A stretch of 64,000 bases of DNA from Acidobacteriota bacterium (GCA_965205505.1 CBDBHB010000006.1:434111-498110); one strand, 5' to 3'. Shown: positions 39,406-49,825, counted from the stretch's first letter. Translations and numbers: made by a program. Notes: a model not told the origin generated them from the sequence alone.

Positions 39406-41226
39406 CTAATCCAGATCGTAAATGTCGCGCCAGTCCACATCGTCACCGAGCGGCGGCTGGTCGGACTTCATCAGGATGCAATCTTGCAGGACGAGCACGT
39501 CCATTTCCGTTCGCATGAAGCAGAGATAGGCATCCTCGGGGGTGCATACGATCGGCTCGCCGCGAACGTTGAACGACGTGTTGACTATGATGCCGTAGCC
39601 GGTGCGCTCCTTGAACGCTTCGATCAGCCGGCGATACTGCGGATGATCACGCGCATCGACCGTCTGCACACGGGCAGAGTAGTCGACGTGTGTCACCGCT
39701 GGGATGTCGGAACGCGGTACGTTCAACTTGCTGATACCGAATAATCGTGCCTGCTCCTCGGTCATCGCGACCCGACGCTCCTCTCGCACCGGGGCAACCA
39801 GCAACATGTAGGGCGATGGCCGATCGAGGTCGAAGTACTCCGAAACGTCTTCGACCAGGCAGCTGGGTGCGAACGGGCGGAACGACTCGCGGTACTTGAT
39901 CTTGAGGTTGAGCTTGCGCTGCATTTCCCGATCGCGGGAGTCGCCGATGATGCTTCGCGCGCCCAGCGCGCGCGGCCCGAACTCCATGCGTCCGCTGAAC
40001 CAGCCGACCACGTTTCCCTTAGACAGCGAGTCAGCGGTGACATCGGGGATGGTCGTCTCGGTGTGACGCTCGTAGGGGTAGCGCTGCTCGAGAAGCCACT
40101 GTTCGATCTCGTCACCGCTCCACGACGGCCCCAGGTAGGACCCGCTCTGCAGATCGCGTCCATCGGCAGCGGTGTAGCGCGGCACGGCGTGAACCTGGTG
40201 GGCTACGAAGAGCGCCGCGCCCAAGGCGCCGCCGGCGTCGCCTGCCGCGGGCTGGATCCAGACATCGTCGAAGATGCCGGCTCGCAGGATCTTACCGTTG
40301 GCGACGCAGTTCAAAGCCACGCCGCCGGCCATGACCAGATTACGCTCACCAGTCTGTGTGCGGACGTGCCTGGCCATCCGCAGCATCACCTCCTCACAAA
40401 CCTCCTGGACCGACCGCGCCAGGTCCATCTCGCGCTGAGTGAGCTCACTCTCTGGCTGCCGCGGAGGCGCGCCGAACAGCTCGTGGAACGCCTCCGAGGT
40501 CATGGTCAGACCCTGGCAGTAGTTGAAGTACTTCATGTCGAGCCGAAAGGAACCGTCTGCACGCAGATCCATCAGCTCGTCGAGGATCAAGTCTACGTAC
40601 TTGGGCTCGCCGTACGGTGCGAGGCCCATGACCTTGTACTCACCGGAGTTCACTCGGAAGCCGGTGTAGTAGGTGAACGCGGTGTACAGCAGGCCCAGGC
40701 TGTGCGGGAACCTGAGCTCGGCGGCAAGCTCGATGCTGTTGTCTACCCCAGCGCCCCAGGAGGCGGTCGCCCACTCGCCTACCCCGTCGATCGTGAGGAT
40801 CGCAGCCGACTCGAAAGGCGAGGGGAAGAACGCCGAGGCGGCGTGTGACTGGTGATGCTCCGGGTAGAGCATATCGCCCTCGAAACCCGTCTCCCGGGCG
40901 ATCAGCTCTCCCATCCAGAGCTTCTGCTTGAGCCAGAGCGGCATGGCCTTCAGAAACGAGTTGAGGCCCTGCGGGGCGAATGCTAGGTAGGTCTCCAGGA
41001 GACGCTCGAACTTGGCCCACGGCTTGTCATAGAAGGCGACCGCGTCGAGATCCGACGCCTCGATATCGCCGGTTCTCAGACAGTACTCGACAGCGTGGGC
41101 GGGAAAACGGAAGTCGTGCTTCTTGCGCGTGAAGCGTTCCTCTTGGGCCGCCGCCACGATGGTGTCGTCGCGCACCAAGCACGCCGCGGAGTCGTGGTAG
41201 AAAGCCGAGATCCCGAGGATGTTCAT
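39406..41226 (-). CDS. carbamoyltransferase (NodU/CmcH family)
   Basis: Start MNILGISAFYHDSAACLV, the canonical N-terminus of the family. KAE1/Kae1-like ASKHA N-domain plus C-terminal carbamoyltransferase domain. Confidence 0.85.
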   Translation of the reverse strand: MNILGISAFYHDSAACLVRDDTIVAAAQEERFTRKKHDFRFPAHAVEYCLRTGDIEASDLDAVAFYDKPWAKFERLLETYLAFAPQGLNSFLKAMPLWLKQKLWMGELIARETGFEGDMLYPEHHQSHAASAFFPSPFESAAILTIDGVGEWATASWGAGVDNSIELAAELRFPHSLGLLYTAFTYYTGFRVNSGEYKVMGLAPYGEPKYVDLILDELMDLRADGSFRLDMKYFNYCQGLTMTSEAFHELFGAPPRQPESELTQREMDLARSVQEVCEEVMLRMARHVRTQTGERNLVMAGGVALNCVANGKILRAGIFDDVWIQPAAGDAGGALGAALFVAHQVHAVPRYTAADGRDLQSGSYLGPSWSGDEIEQWLLEQRYPYERHTETTIPDVTADSLSKGNVVGWFSGRMEFGPRALGARSIIGDSRDREMQRKLNLKIKYRESFRPFAPSCLVEDVSEYFDLDRPSPYMLLVAPVREERRVAMTEEQARLFGISKLNVPRSDIPAVTHVDYSARVQTVDARDHPQYRRLIEAFKERTGYGIIVNTSFNVRGEPIVCTPEDAYLCFMRTEMDVLVLQDCILMKSDQPPLGDDVDWRDIYDLD

Positions 41227-41302
41227 CGCGGCACCGTCCACCCTGCGATCAGCGGCCGGTGCAACCGAACCACGGCCTGCTAGGAGCACTTCGCTTCGCC
41301 GC

Positions 41303-41875
41303 TCAGGCGTCCTCGTTTTCGGAGGGAGCTTCGTCGTCGGTCACGTTGTCCTCGTCGTCGTCGGAATCGACTGGCTCGACTACCTCGTCGGCTGCGTCGC
41401 CCGGAGCGGACTCCACGGCCGCGCCATCCTCACTGGAGACGATCACACGCACCGCCGCCGCGACGCCGTGCGCCAGCGACAGCGGCACATCGTACTCGCC
41501 GAGATGCTTGATCGGCTGCTCGAGATGGATCTCGCCTCTTTGGATCGTGAAGCCCCGCTCCCCCAGATCGTCGCCGATATCGGCGACGCTCACCGACCCG
41601 TAGAGCGTTCCCGCACCAACGTCGGCCACCTTGCGCCTGAAGCTCAGCGACACGTCGGCCAGCGACTTGGCGATGATCTCGGCCTGGGCACGCTTCTCGG
41701 CAGCCTCGGCGCGAAGTCGCGTGAGCTCATGGTCGATCGAGCGAAGGTTGGCCTCGGTAGCGCGAATGGCCAGTTGCTGCGGTAGAAGGTAGTTGCGTGC
41801 GTAGCCTTTCTTGACTTCTACGAGGTCACCTGGCTCGCCCAGGTGGGTGACGCTCGCTCTCAAAATCAGCTTCAT
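41303..41875 (-). CDS. rplI: 50S ribosomal protein L9 with acidic C-terminal tail
   Basis: MKLILRASVTHLGEPGDLVEVKKGYARNYLLPQ...; ends in D/E-rich tail. Confidence 0.85.
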   Translation of the reverse strand: MKLILRASVTHLGEPGDLVEVKKGYARNYLLPQQLAIRATEANLRSIDHELTRLRAEAAEKRAQAEIIAKSLADVSLSFRRKVADVGAGTLYGSVSVADIGDDLGERGFTIQRGEIHLEQPIKHLGEYDVPLSLAHGVAAAVRVIVSSEDGAAVESAPGDAADEVVEPVDSDDDEDNVTDDEAPSENEDA

Positions 41876-41933
41876 GGTCGTGTCCTCGATGAGTCCGACA
41901 CCCGGCAGTCATGTGGCACGGGTGTCGGCCGCC

Positions 41934-42158
41934 TCACTCAGAGACGTACGGCAACAGTGCCATATAGCGCGCGCGCTTCACGGCGCCGCTCAGCATGCGC
42001 TGATGGCGGGCAGAGTTGCCGTTCGTTCGACGCGGAATGATCTTGCCGCGGGGGTCGATGTACTGCCTCAGCAGCTCGACGTCTTTGTAGTCGACGTATT
42101 GAGCGTTCGACTTGGTGAGCTTGCTGACCTTCTTGCGGCGGGGACGAAAGGAGCGCAT
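41934..42158 (-). CDS. rpsR: 30S ribosomal protein S18
   Basis: 74 aa. ...YIDPRGKIIPRRTNGNSARHQRML... Confidence 0.9.
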   Translation of the reverse strand: MRSFRPRRKKVSKLTKSNAQYVDYKDVELLRQYIDPRGKIIPRRTNGNSARHQRMLSGAVKRARYMALLPYVSE

Positions 42159-42161
42159 CGC

Positions 42162-42992
42162 TCAGTCCTCCTTCCGAGGTTCGCCTTCGGCGACGCCATC
42201 GGAGCTGTCATCAGCCGGCGGCGTTTCGCCTGCCGGCTCGTCGTCGGAATCATCGTCGGCCGAGTCGTCGTCAACCACCACTGCCTCGTCAGCGGAAGCC
42301 GTGTCATCGCCGCCGAGTGCAACAGTCTCGTCAGTCGGAGCCGTGTCATTGTCGTCGATTGCGACAGTCTCGTCAGCCGAAGCCGTGTCGTCGTCGATTG
42401 CGACAGTCTCGTCAGCCGAGGCCGTGTCGTCGTCGATCGCGACAGTCTCGTCAGCCGAAGCCGTGTCGTCGTCGATCGCGACAGTCTCGTCAGCCGAAGC
42501 CGCGTCGTCATCGATTGCGACGGTCTCGTCAGCCGAAGCCGTGTCATCAGTCTCCGCCAACTCATCGCGCTCCGACACCGACGTTTCCGCCTCGGCGCGC
42601 TTCGCTGCGGCGCGCTGATCGGCTGCTTCCATCTGCGCCTTGGCCAACTCTTCATCTACCGGGCCCCGCTCAGCGAGCGCCTGCCGCGCAGCTGTCTCTT
42701 GCACATCGCTCAGACGGACCGCCATCTCCCGAAGGATCGATTCGCGGATCTTGGTGTAGGCGCGGAACTCGCCCGGCAGCGTCGCGGGTCCCGTCGCGTA
42801 GATCAGCAGGTAGACGCCTTCGGTGTGCTTGCCGATGGGGTACGCAAGCTTGCGGCGGCCCCACCTGTTGACGTCGATGACCTCGCCACCGGACGCGGCG
42901 AGCTGCTGTCGTAGCCCGCCGATGACCGCGTCGATTCCCTCGTCAGTTTCATCGGGAGACGCGATCACCAGGATCTCGTACAGGTTATTCAT
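42162..42992 (-). CDS. rpsF: 30S ribosomal protein S6 with long repetitive acidic C-terminal extension
   Basis: Start MNNLYEILVIASPDE after AGGAGA RBS. S6 core of about 100 aa, then about 170 aa of tail including five or more tandem DDTASADETVAID units. Confidence 0.85.
   Translation of the reverse strand: MNNLYEILVIASPDETDEGIDAVIGGLRQQLAASGGEVIDVNRWGRRKLAYPIGKHTEGVYLLIYATGPATLPGEFRAYTKIRESILREMAVRLSDVQETAARQALAERGPVDEELAKAQMEAADQRAAAKRAEAETSVSERDELAETDDTASADETVAIDDDAASADETVAIDDDTASADETVAIDDDTASADETVAIDDDTASADETVAIDDNDTAPTDETVALGGDDTASADEAVVVDDDSADDDSDDEPAGETPPADDSSDGVAEGEPRKED
42296..42545. repeat. tandem 39-nt direct repeats (about six copies) inside the rpsF 3' region
   Basis: Reiterated ...cgacagtctcgtcagccgaagccgtgtcgtcgtcgat... 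units encoding the 13-aa acidic repeat. Confidence 0.6.
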
Positions 42993-43070
42993 GTTCTCCT
43001 CTCGGACAAATGGCCCCCGGAGGGGCGAGGAGCGCACGCTCGGAGTGCCCGTTGTGCAGGGGAACTCCTC

Positions 43071-45122
43071 TCACACCAGAAGCGGCGCGATGACGAGCGA
43101 TACGACAGACATCAACTTTATCAAGATGTTCATGGACGGGCCACTCGTGTCCTTGAACGGATCGCCGACGGTATCACCGACGACGGCCGCCTTGTGGGCA
43201 TCGGAGCCCTTGCCGCCGTGGTGGCCCTCCTCGATGTACTTCTTGGCGTTGTCCCACGCGCCGCCGCCGTTGGACATCATCAGCGCCAACAACACACCGA
43301 CGACGGTCGCGCCCGCCAGCATTCCGCCGAGCGCCTCCGGGCCGAGGCCGAAGCCGACAACCACGGGCGCAATCACTGCGAGTAGCCCTGGCAGCACCAT
43401 TTGCCTGAGCGCCGCATCCGCGGCGATCGACACACAGCGGGCCGGGTCCGGTTTCCCGGTGCCCTCCATGATCCCGGGAATCTCGCGGAACTGACGGCGA
43501 ATCTCCTCCACCAGCTCACCGGCCGCTCGGCCGACGGCGGTCATCGTCAGGCCCGCTGCCAGATAGGGCACCACACCGCCGATCAGCATCCCGACGACCA
43601 CGTGGGGGTTAGTGAGCAGGATGACAAGCCCGCCCGGCTCACCAGCCTGGCGCATGGCATCGGACACCGACTGTGCATAGGCGGCGAACAAGGCCAGGGC
43701 GGTGAGCGCCGCCGACCCGATGGCGAACCCCTTGCCGATTGCGGCGGTGGTATTGCCCACGGAGTCGAGACTGTCGGTGATCTTGCGCACCTCCGGCCCC
43801 AGACCCGCCATTTCGGAGATGCCTCCGGCATTGTCCGCGACGGGTCCGTAGGCATCGACGCTCATGGTGATACCTACCGTCGCCAACATGCCCACCGCAG
43901 CGATACCGATTCCGTACAGACCCGCAGACTCGAATGCGAAGTAGATCGCAGCGCAGATAGCCAGCACTGGCAGCGCCGTCGATTCGAAACCCACCGCCAG
44001 GCCGTTGATGATGTTGGTGGCCGCGCCGGTCTCCGACGACGCCGCAATTCGGCGCACCGGGGCCGCCGACGTGTAGTACTCGGTGATGAAAGAGATCAAC
44101 AGCCCTACCCCCGCTCCCCAGAAGATCGCCGACCAGATGCCGTTGGCCACCGGGATAGCATCGATATAGAGGTAAGCGATACCGACGAACAGCGCGGCGG
44201 CGATGATCGTCGCCCAGCGCAGCGCGGCTGCCGCGTCGAAACGCTTCAGGATCGCCATCGACGCGATCCCCAGCAGGGAGCAGATGAGGCCCAGGAACGC
44301 GAGCATCAGCGGCAGGCTCATCAACCAGCTCTTGACCTGCGCCGCCTCGATCATCGGGTCGGCGGCCATGGCGATCAGTTCCTCGCCGAAAAGCGTCGCG
44401 CCGATGGCGATAGTGGCGATAATCGAACCCACGTACGATTCGAAAATGTCAGCACCCATTCCGGCGACATCGCCAACGTTGTCGCCGACATTGTCGGCGA
44501 TCACACCGGGATTGCGTGGGTCATCCTCGGGTATACCAGCTTCGACCTTGCCCACCAGGTCCGCACCAACGTCGGCGGCCTTCGTGTAGATTCCGCCGCC
44601 GACACGGGCGAACAGCGCGATGGAGGAGGCTCCCATCGCGAACCCGTTGATCACATGGGCAGTGTCGGGGCTGCCATACCAGAGATACCAAACGCCGACG
44701 CCGATTAGCCCGAGACTGGCGACCGACAACCCCATGACCGAGCCGCCCAGAAACGCCACCATCAGCGCGGCATCGCGGCCCTCGTTCTTCGCCGCCGCTG
44801 CGGTACGCACGTTGGCCATGGTTGCCGACGTCATGCCGGCGAAACCGGCAGCGATCGAACAGGCCGCACCGGTAATAAACGCGGCGGAGGTCGGGGTCGA
44901 CACGAAGTAGCCGAGCAAGACAGCAACGATGGCAATGAAAATAGCCAGCAGGGTGTATTCGCGGCGCAAGAACACCATCGCGCCGTCGTGGACCTGGGCG
45001 GCGATCTCGGCCATCTGATCGGTGCCGACATCGCGACGTCGAATGACCATGAGAATGACCAAGGCGATTACCAGGCCAATTCCGCCCAGTACGGGAACCG
45101 CCTCGATGGGGATGTTGCTCAT
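43071..45122 (-). CDS. hppA: membrane-bound proton/sodium-translocating pyrophosphatase
   Basis: 683 aa, about 16 TM. V-PPase motifs ([45 protein letters not shown]). Confidence 0.9.
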   Translation of the reverse strand: MSNIPIEAVPVLGGIGLVIALVILMVIRRRDVGTDQMAEIAAQVHDGAMVFLRREYTLLAIFIAIVAVLLGYFVSTPTSAAFITGAACSIAAGFAGMTSATMANVRTAAAAKNEGRDAALMVAFLGGSVMGLSVASLGLIGVGVWYLWYGSPDTAHVINGFAMGASSIALFARVGGGIYTKAADVGADLVGKVEAGIPEDDPRNPGVIADNVGDNVGDVAGMGADIFESYVGSIIATIAIGATLFGEELIAMAADPMIEAAQVKSWLMSLPLMLAFLGLICSLLGIASMAILKRFDAAAALRWATIIAAALFVGIAYLYIDAIPVANGIWSAIFWGAGVGLLISFITEYYTSAAPVRRIAASSETGAATNIINGLAVGFESTALPVLAICAAIYFAFESAGLYGIGIAAVGMLATVGITMSVDAYGPVADNAGGISEMAGLGPEVRKITDSLDSVGNTTAAIGKGFAIGSAALTALALFAAYAQSVSDAMRQAGEPGGLVILLTNPHVVVGMLIGGVVPYLAAGLTMTAVGRAAGELVEEIRRQFREIPGIMEGTGKPDPARCVSIAADAALRQMVLPGLLAVIAPVVVGFGLGPEALGGMLAGATVVGVLLALMMSNGGGAWDNAKKYIEEGHHGGKGSDAHKAAVVGDTVGDPFKDTSGPSMNILIKLMSVVSLVIAPLLV

Positions 45123-45135
45123 GCTCTTACTCCAG

Positions 45136-45738
45136 TTAATCGGGAGTCTCTTGCGGATTCGTTGTCTCGGTTTTCGGTCGCTGATTGTACGTGTTCATCG
45201 CGGCGCTCAGACCCCGCCGGAGGATCATCCGCACCGCCGCGACGGCACGGTCGAGCATCTCGTTGAGCGCCGCCAGCTCGGTCTCGTCGAACGCCTCGAG
45301 AACGTATCCGGCAGTGTCGCGTCCGCGACCTTGGCCCCGCACGCCGAGCCGGAGTCGTGGTACTTGCTGCGTCCCGAGCTCCTCAAGCACGGATTTCAGA
45401 CCACGGTGACCGGCGTCGCCACCCGCGGGTCGGAGACGAAGCACGCCCAAAGGCAAATCGATTTCGTCGTACGCCACGAGTAGGTCGCCGGGATCGATAG
45501 ACAAGCTCCGACAAGCGTAGGAGACTCCCACGCCGCTGTTGTTCATGAACGACAGCGGACGCATCAGCCAGAGCGCTGCCGGTCCCAGCTTGACACGCTC
45601 GAGTTGCACCGATTCTTTCTGTCGTGTCTCGATGACCTTGCCGGCGGCACGCAGACGGTCAAGGAGCATCCAGCCAGCGTTGTGACGCGTGGAGACATAC
45701 TCGCTCCGGGGGTTTCCGAGCCCGGCTAGAGCGCGCAT
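45136..45738 (-). CDS. pth: peptidyl-tRNA hydrolase
   Basis: [11 protein letters not shown]...TRHNAG...GHRGLKS motifs. Confidence 0.85.
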   Translation of the reverse strand: MRALAGLGNPRSEYVSTRHNAGWMLLDRLRAAGKVIETRQKESVQLERVKLGPAALWLMRPLSFMNNSGVGVSYACRSLSIDPGDLLVAYDEIDLPLGVLRLRPAGGDAGHRGLKSVLEELGTQQVPRLRLGVRGQGRGRDTAGYVLEAFDETELAALNEMLDRAVAAVRMILRRGLSAAMNTYNQRPKTETTNPQETPD

Positions 45739-45747
45739 TCGGCGAGT

Positions 45748-46419
45748 CTACTCGTCGTTCTCGGATTCCTCCTCGTCCTCGTGGCCAATGAGCTCTGGCT
45801 CTTCTAGGGTCGCAAGCAAATCCTCGTCTTCCTCTACAACCTCATCCTCAATCGCGACCGTCGGCGGGGCAATGGTTAGCACCGTCTGATCCAGATCCAC
45901 GAGCAACTCGACGTTGTCGGGCACCTCTAGATCAGACACCTGTGCCACGTCGCCGATGTTGAGCTCGGTCACGTCGACCCGGAGACTGTCGGGAATATCG
46001 GTCGGCAGGCACTTGACGTGCACCTCTCGGAGGATCATGTCGAGGATGCCTCGATCAACCTTGACTCCGAACGCCTCGCCGACAACCTCGACTGGAACAT
46101 TCACCTCGATCTCGATCGCCAGGTCGATGCGACGAAAGTCGACGTGCTGAAGCTTGCGAGAGATCGGGTCCACCTGGTAGTCGTGGATCAGGGCCGTCTG
46201 CTCGGCTCCGTCTCCGACTCTCAAGCTGAGAATCGAGTTCTGACCGTGCTCGGATCGCAGAATCTCGATCAGCGTCCGCGGGTCCACGGCGATCGAACGC
46301 GTGTCGCGACCTCCGCCGTACAGCACAGCGGGGACCTTGCCGGCACGGCGCAACTGCTTCGCCTTGTTGCTCGAACCGGGCACGCGAAGCACGACCTCGA
46401 GCAGTTGTGTATCTGCCAT
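45748..46419 (-). CDS. rplY: 50S ribosomal protein L25 / general stress protein Ctc, acidic C-terminal tail
   Basis: Start MADTQLLEVVLR. L25/Ctc two-domain fold, ending in E/D-rich tail. Confidence 0.8.
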   Translation of the reverse strand: MADTQLLEVVLRVPGSSNKAKQLRRAGKVPAVLYGGGRDTRSIAVDPRTLIEILRSEHGQNSILSLRVGDGAEQTALIHDYQVDPISRKLQHVDFRRIDLAIEIEVNVPVEVVGEAFGVKVDRGILDMILREVHVKCLPTDIPDSLRVDVTELNIGDVAQVSDLEVPDNVELLVDLDQTVLTIAPPTVAIEDEVVEEDEDLLATLEEPELIGHEDEEESENDE

Positions 46420-46453
46420 CGTTGTTACCCCTCGGAGTGAGCAGCCGTCGAGA

Positions 46454-47401
46454 TCAGATAAACAGCCTCGAGATGCTGGTTTCCTCGTAGATGCTGCGTA
46501 TCGCTTCACCGAACAACCCTGCGACCGAGAGCACCTCGATCTTGTCGCAGGCGGCGGCTTCGGGCGGCAACGGGATCGTATCCGTCACAAAGACTCGTTT
46601 CAGCGGGCTGGCCTCGATGCGCTCGATAGCCGGTGAGGAGAGTACCGCGTGAGTGGCAAACGCGTAGACCTCGCGTGCTCCCTCGTCGAGCACCGCCGTG
46701 GCTCCGGTGGTCAGGGTACCGGCGGTGTCGACCATGTCGTCGTAAAAGCAGCACACCGCGTCGCGGACGTCGCCTACGACGGTCATTTCCTCGACCTTGT
46801 TGGCGACACGGCGACGCTTGTCGATCACGGCCAATCCAGCCTCGAGCCGCTTGGCGATGGCACGAGCGCGCTCCACACCGCCGGCGTCAGGCGAGACCAT
46901 GACCAGATCGCGGTCGATGGCACCGATCCGGCGCACCGCGATTGGCGCTGCAAAGAGGTGGTCGAGCGGGATGTTGAAGTAGCCCTGGATCTGACCCGCG
47001 TGCAGATCCATCGCCAGCACCCGCGAGGTTCCAGCAGTGGTCAGCAAGTCAGCGACGAGCTTGGCCGAGATGGGCACCCGTGGGCTGTCTTTCTTGTCCT
47101 GCCGGGCGTATCCGAAGTACGGGATCACAGCCGTGATGTGATGAGCCGAAGCGCGCTTGGCTGCGTCGATCATCACCAGCAACTCCATGAGGCTATCGTT
47201 CACCGGCCGGCACGTTGACTGGACGAGGAACACCTCGACGCCGCGCACGTTCTCTCCGAACTGGCAGCGCACCTCGCCGTCGGCGAACAGCCCGATGTCG
47301 ATGGCGCTCAAGGACAAACCCATCGATCCCGCGATGGCCTCCGCCAACGCCGGGCAGGCATTGCCCGCGAAGATCTTTAGCTTGCGGTCGGTATTGGACA
47401 T
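46454..47401 (-). CDS. prs: ribose-phosphate pyrophosphokinase
   Basis: Start MSNTDRKLKIFAGN. PRPP-binding motif VGDVRDAVCCFYDDMVDTAGTL. The upstream ORF extension is spurious and covers the tRNA. Confidence 0.9.
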   Translation of the reverse strand: MSNTDRKLKIFAGNACPALAEAIAGSMGLSLSAIDIGLFADGEVRCQFGENVRGVEVFLVQSTCRPVNDSLMELLVMIDAAKRASAHHITAVIPYFGYARQDKKDSPRVPISAKLVADLLTTAGTSRVLAMDLHAGQIQGYFNIPLDHLFAAPIAVRRIGAIDRDLVMVSPDAGGVERARAIAKRLEAGLAVIDKRRRVANKVEEMTVVGDVRDAVCCFYDDMVDTAGTLTTGATAVLDEGAREVYAFATHAVLSSPAIERIEASPLKRVFVTDTIPLPPEAAACDKIEVLSVAGLFGEAIRSIYEETSISRLFI

Positions 47402-47480
47402 CGAGCCGTGCGGCTGAGGTGCGGTTTGTGATCCGAATATCGGAGCAATGCTCGCCCTCGATGGACTAGCAGGCCTAAAG

Positions 47481-47555
47481 CTGGGGCGGCAGGATTCGAA
47501 CCTGCGAATGCCGGATCCAAAGACCGGTGCCTTGCCTGACTTGGCGACGCCCCAA
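47481..47555 (-). tRNA. tRNA-Gln (anticodon UUG)
   Basis: 75-nt cloverleaf on the minus strand, UGGGGCGUCGCCAAGUCAGG...CACCGGUCUUUGGAUCCGG...GCAGGUUCGAAUCCUGCCGCCCCAG. Anticodon loop CUUUGGA. Close overall match to canonical bacterial tRNA-Gln. CCA is not encoded. Confidence 0.8.
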
Positions 47556-47638
47556 AACCAACTGCCTGTGGACGCAGAAGTCCCGAGCAGCGTCTCCGGG
47601 ACGCGACCCCGACGAGGGCTGCATTTCAGACACGCACT

Positions 47639-47668
47639 ATTATAAGCGCCCCACTTTTTAGGCATCAA
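47639..47668 (-). promoter_or_regulatory. candidate sigma-70 promoter for tRNA-Gln/prs (TTGATG-N18-TATAAT)
   Basis: The minus strand reads ttgatgcctaaaaagtggggcgcttataat, about 80 nt upstream of the tRNA 5' end. Confidence 0.35.
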
Positions 47669-47725
47669 ACTACGCCGGGGGCGCATTCGCGTCAGCTCGG
47701 CCGACGCCGGGGGGTGCGCTGCGAT

Positions 47726-48583
47726 CTACTGCCCTTCAGGTACCTCGCGCCTGAACAGACCGCCTTCGCGACCCAGGTCGGAGATCGGTAGCTGCAATAC
47801 TCCTACCGGGACTTCGAGCTCGAAATGCGCCGGCGGGAACTCGACGTTGGTCGACGGCTCACCCAGCAGCTGCATCGTGATCCCGTACCCAGCGGGTTCG
47901 ACGCGCAGCTGCAGGCTCGAGGGAACCAGGACCGTCTGACCGTCGACCTCGGCGGCAGTCGGATCGAGCGCCTCGAGCGCTACCGTGTTGTCGGCGCGTC
48001 GATGCTCAATACGATCGAACCACAGCGTAGGTGGCAACAGCCACGCGCTGGCCTCCTCGCCGTAATCGATCCGCACCCGCCGAGCCCTCTCGTCCCAGCT
48101 CGGCCGACCGGGTGGATGGCTGGCCGGATCGATCCCGTATCCCAGCAGGGCCGCCACGACGTCTCCGGCTGACAGCCCGAAGCCAATCGCTTGCTCGAAG
48201 GACGTACGCGTCGCCGGTCCACGATAGAGGAGTTGCTCCTCGCGCAGAAACAGACCGACTTCGGCTGTGTTGGCGCGTAGATAGGCTTGAATGCCGCCGG
48301 TCGGGTCGAGTACCAGGATATCGACGTCCGCTGGCCGGCGAACCGACACGAAAGTGTCGACCGACCGCCGTCCGATCCCCCGCGAAAAACGCATCGTGTA
48401 CGACGCCACGAGACTCTCGAGCGGTGCCGTCAGCTGCAGCGCCGGCTCCAGGAAGCTGCCGGGGCTCTGGCGCGCTCGTTCAACGAGCTCCGGTTGACCG
48501 CGAATCCAGCTGTTGCCGGCGCAACCGATCACCAACAGACCGAGCGTCAATGCAGCGGCTGATCGGCCTGTCACACGCCCCAC
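47726..48583 (-). CDS. lipoprotein, hypothetical (LolB-like position and size)
   Basis: Signal peptide with lipobox LLVIGCAGN. About 285 aa of beta-rich sequence. Located upstream of prs, where lolB commonly sits. Confidence 0.45.
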   Translation of the reverse strand: MGRVTGRSAAALTLGLLVIGCAGNSWIRGQPELVERARQSPGSFLEPALQLTAPLESLVASYTMRFSRGIGRRSVDTFVSVRRPADVDILVLDPTGGIQAYLRANTAEVGLFLREEQLLYRGPATRTSFEQAIGFGLSAGDVVAALLGYGIDPASHPPGRPSWDERARRVRIDYGEEASAWLLPPTLWFDRIEHRRADNTVALEALDPTAAEVDGQTVLVPSSLQLRVEPAGYGITMQLLGEPSTNVEFPPAHFELEVPVGVLQLPISDLGREGGLFRREVPEGQ

Positions 48584-49825
48584 CTAATCCGTCCAGCCGC
48601 CGCTCGAGACACGCGTCATTCGCCAAATCACGCGGCGCTCGCCGCCCTCCGTGGCATCGGGGTTGACGAACTCCCACACGATGTCACCTCCCTCGGTTAC
48701 CTCGAACACAAGGCCCGCATCCGATTCCGTGATCAGCGTGTTGCCGTTCGGCAAGCGCTGAACACTCCCGCGCAATGGCGTATGGAACTCCTCGGACTCA
48801 TAGCTCCAGCCGATCTCGTTGGATCGCGGATCGACCTCCAGCACACGCGAGCGCGACACCCCATTGTCGAACACCAGTAGCCGCCCATTGGGCAAGAGGG
48901 TTGGATGATGTTGCCCGTAGAGATTCGACGGACCCCAGATCCAGAGGACATCCTGGGTTGCGCCATCGAGGATCATGATGGCGTTCAGGTGGCGCATCGA
49001 GAGAAGAATGTTGCCAGCACCGAACAGCGGCGAAACTGAGGCGAGCGATCCATCGAACACTGACACGTGGTTCGTATGCAAGGTATCCAACGGACCGTCG
49101 GCGGCGACGAACTGGCGACGCGCGACGCTGGCCAGCAGGAAACCGTAGGACGAGGAGCGCACAACGTCGAGCAATGAAAGCTCCTCGCGCACCTCGCCCG
49201 TCTCCAGCGACAGCACGGTCAGCGTGTCCTCGAGGATTTGCTGAGTCGGATGCACTTCGGGAATCGATCTCTCTCGTCTCGAAAGTGCCCAAAGGTCGTC
49301 GCCGTGAATCGCGACATCATGATGAGCCCGCACGTCGGCGATCCAGCGCGGGCGGGATTCGGAATCGAGGCGCACGACCTGTTTGTCGAACCTCACCAAG
49401 AGCAGTCCGGCGTCCGGCAGTAGCTCGGCGTGCGCGATCAGCGCCCCGGGGTCTGACCAGCGCCGCACCTCGCGTCCTTCCATGTCGACTAGCAGAAACG
49501 GTGCTTGAAAGGCCGAGTGATAGAAATTCAGACCCTGCCAGGCGCGCTGCGCGTCGTGGACCTGGACGCCGCGGCGATCGGAGTCCGGATCGAAGTTCGC
49601 GCCGACATAGGCGAGCGCTCGCAGGTCCCGCAGCGGGCGCCCCCGTGGGCGGATCCAGCTGTAGGGCTTGCTATCGGTGTCGGCCAGAAACCACGAGATG
49701 ATGGAGTAGGGGAAAATCGCGCCGCGATGGCTCTGATAGCCCCACAGAAAGCTCGCGCCGAGCGCCAAGAGGGCCAGGGGTACAGCCAGCATCGGGCGCG
49801 GCAGGGTACGTCGCGACGGTGTCAT
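48584..49825 (-). CDS. arylsulfotransferase (ASST)-like beta-propeller protein with N-terminal TM anchor
   Basis: Start MTPSRRTLPRPMLAVPLALLALGASFLW. Repeated propeller-like blades (LLPNGRLLVFDNG, RLPNGNTLITESDAG). Confidence 0.55.
   Translation of the reverse strand: MTPSRRTLPRPMLAVPLALLALGASFLWGYQSHRGAIFPYSIISWFLADTDSKPYSWIRPRGRPLRDLRALAYVGANFDPDSDRRGVQVHDAQRAWQGLNFYHSAFQAPFLLVDMEGREVRRWSDPGALIAHAELLPDAGLLLVRFDKQVVRLDSESRPRWIADVRAHHDVAIHGDDLWALSRRERSIPEVHPTQQILEDTLTVLSLETGEVREELSLLDVVRSSSYGFLLASVARRQFVAADGPLDTLHTNHVSVFDGSLASVSPLFGAGNILLSMRHLNAIMILDGATQDVLWIWGPSNLYGQHHPTLLPNGRLLVFDNGVSRSRVLEVDPRSNEIGWSYESEEFHTPLRGSVQRLPNGNTLITESDAGLVFEVTEGGDIVWEFVNPDATEGGERRVIWRMTRVSSGGWTD

Noticed and set aside
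42296-42545. Regular 39-nt direct repeats that could superficially look like a CRISPR array
   Set aside because: The repeats are contiguous with no unique spacers, lie inside the rpsF reading frame, and encode an acidic peptide repeat. This is a coding tandem repeat, not CRISPR.
46454-47686. Long N-terminal extension of the prs ORF (about 95 extra codons)
   Set aside because: The extension covers a canonical tRNA-Gln gene and a promoter-like region. The real prs start is MSNTDRK at 47401.
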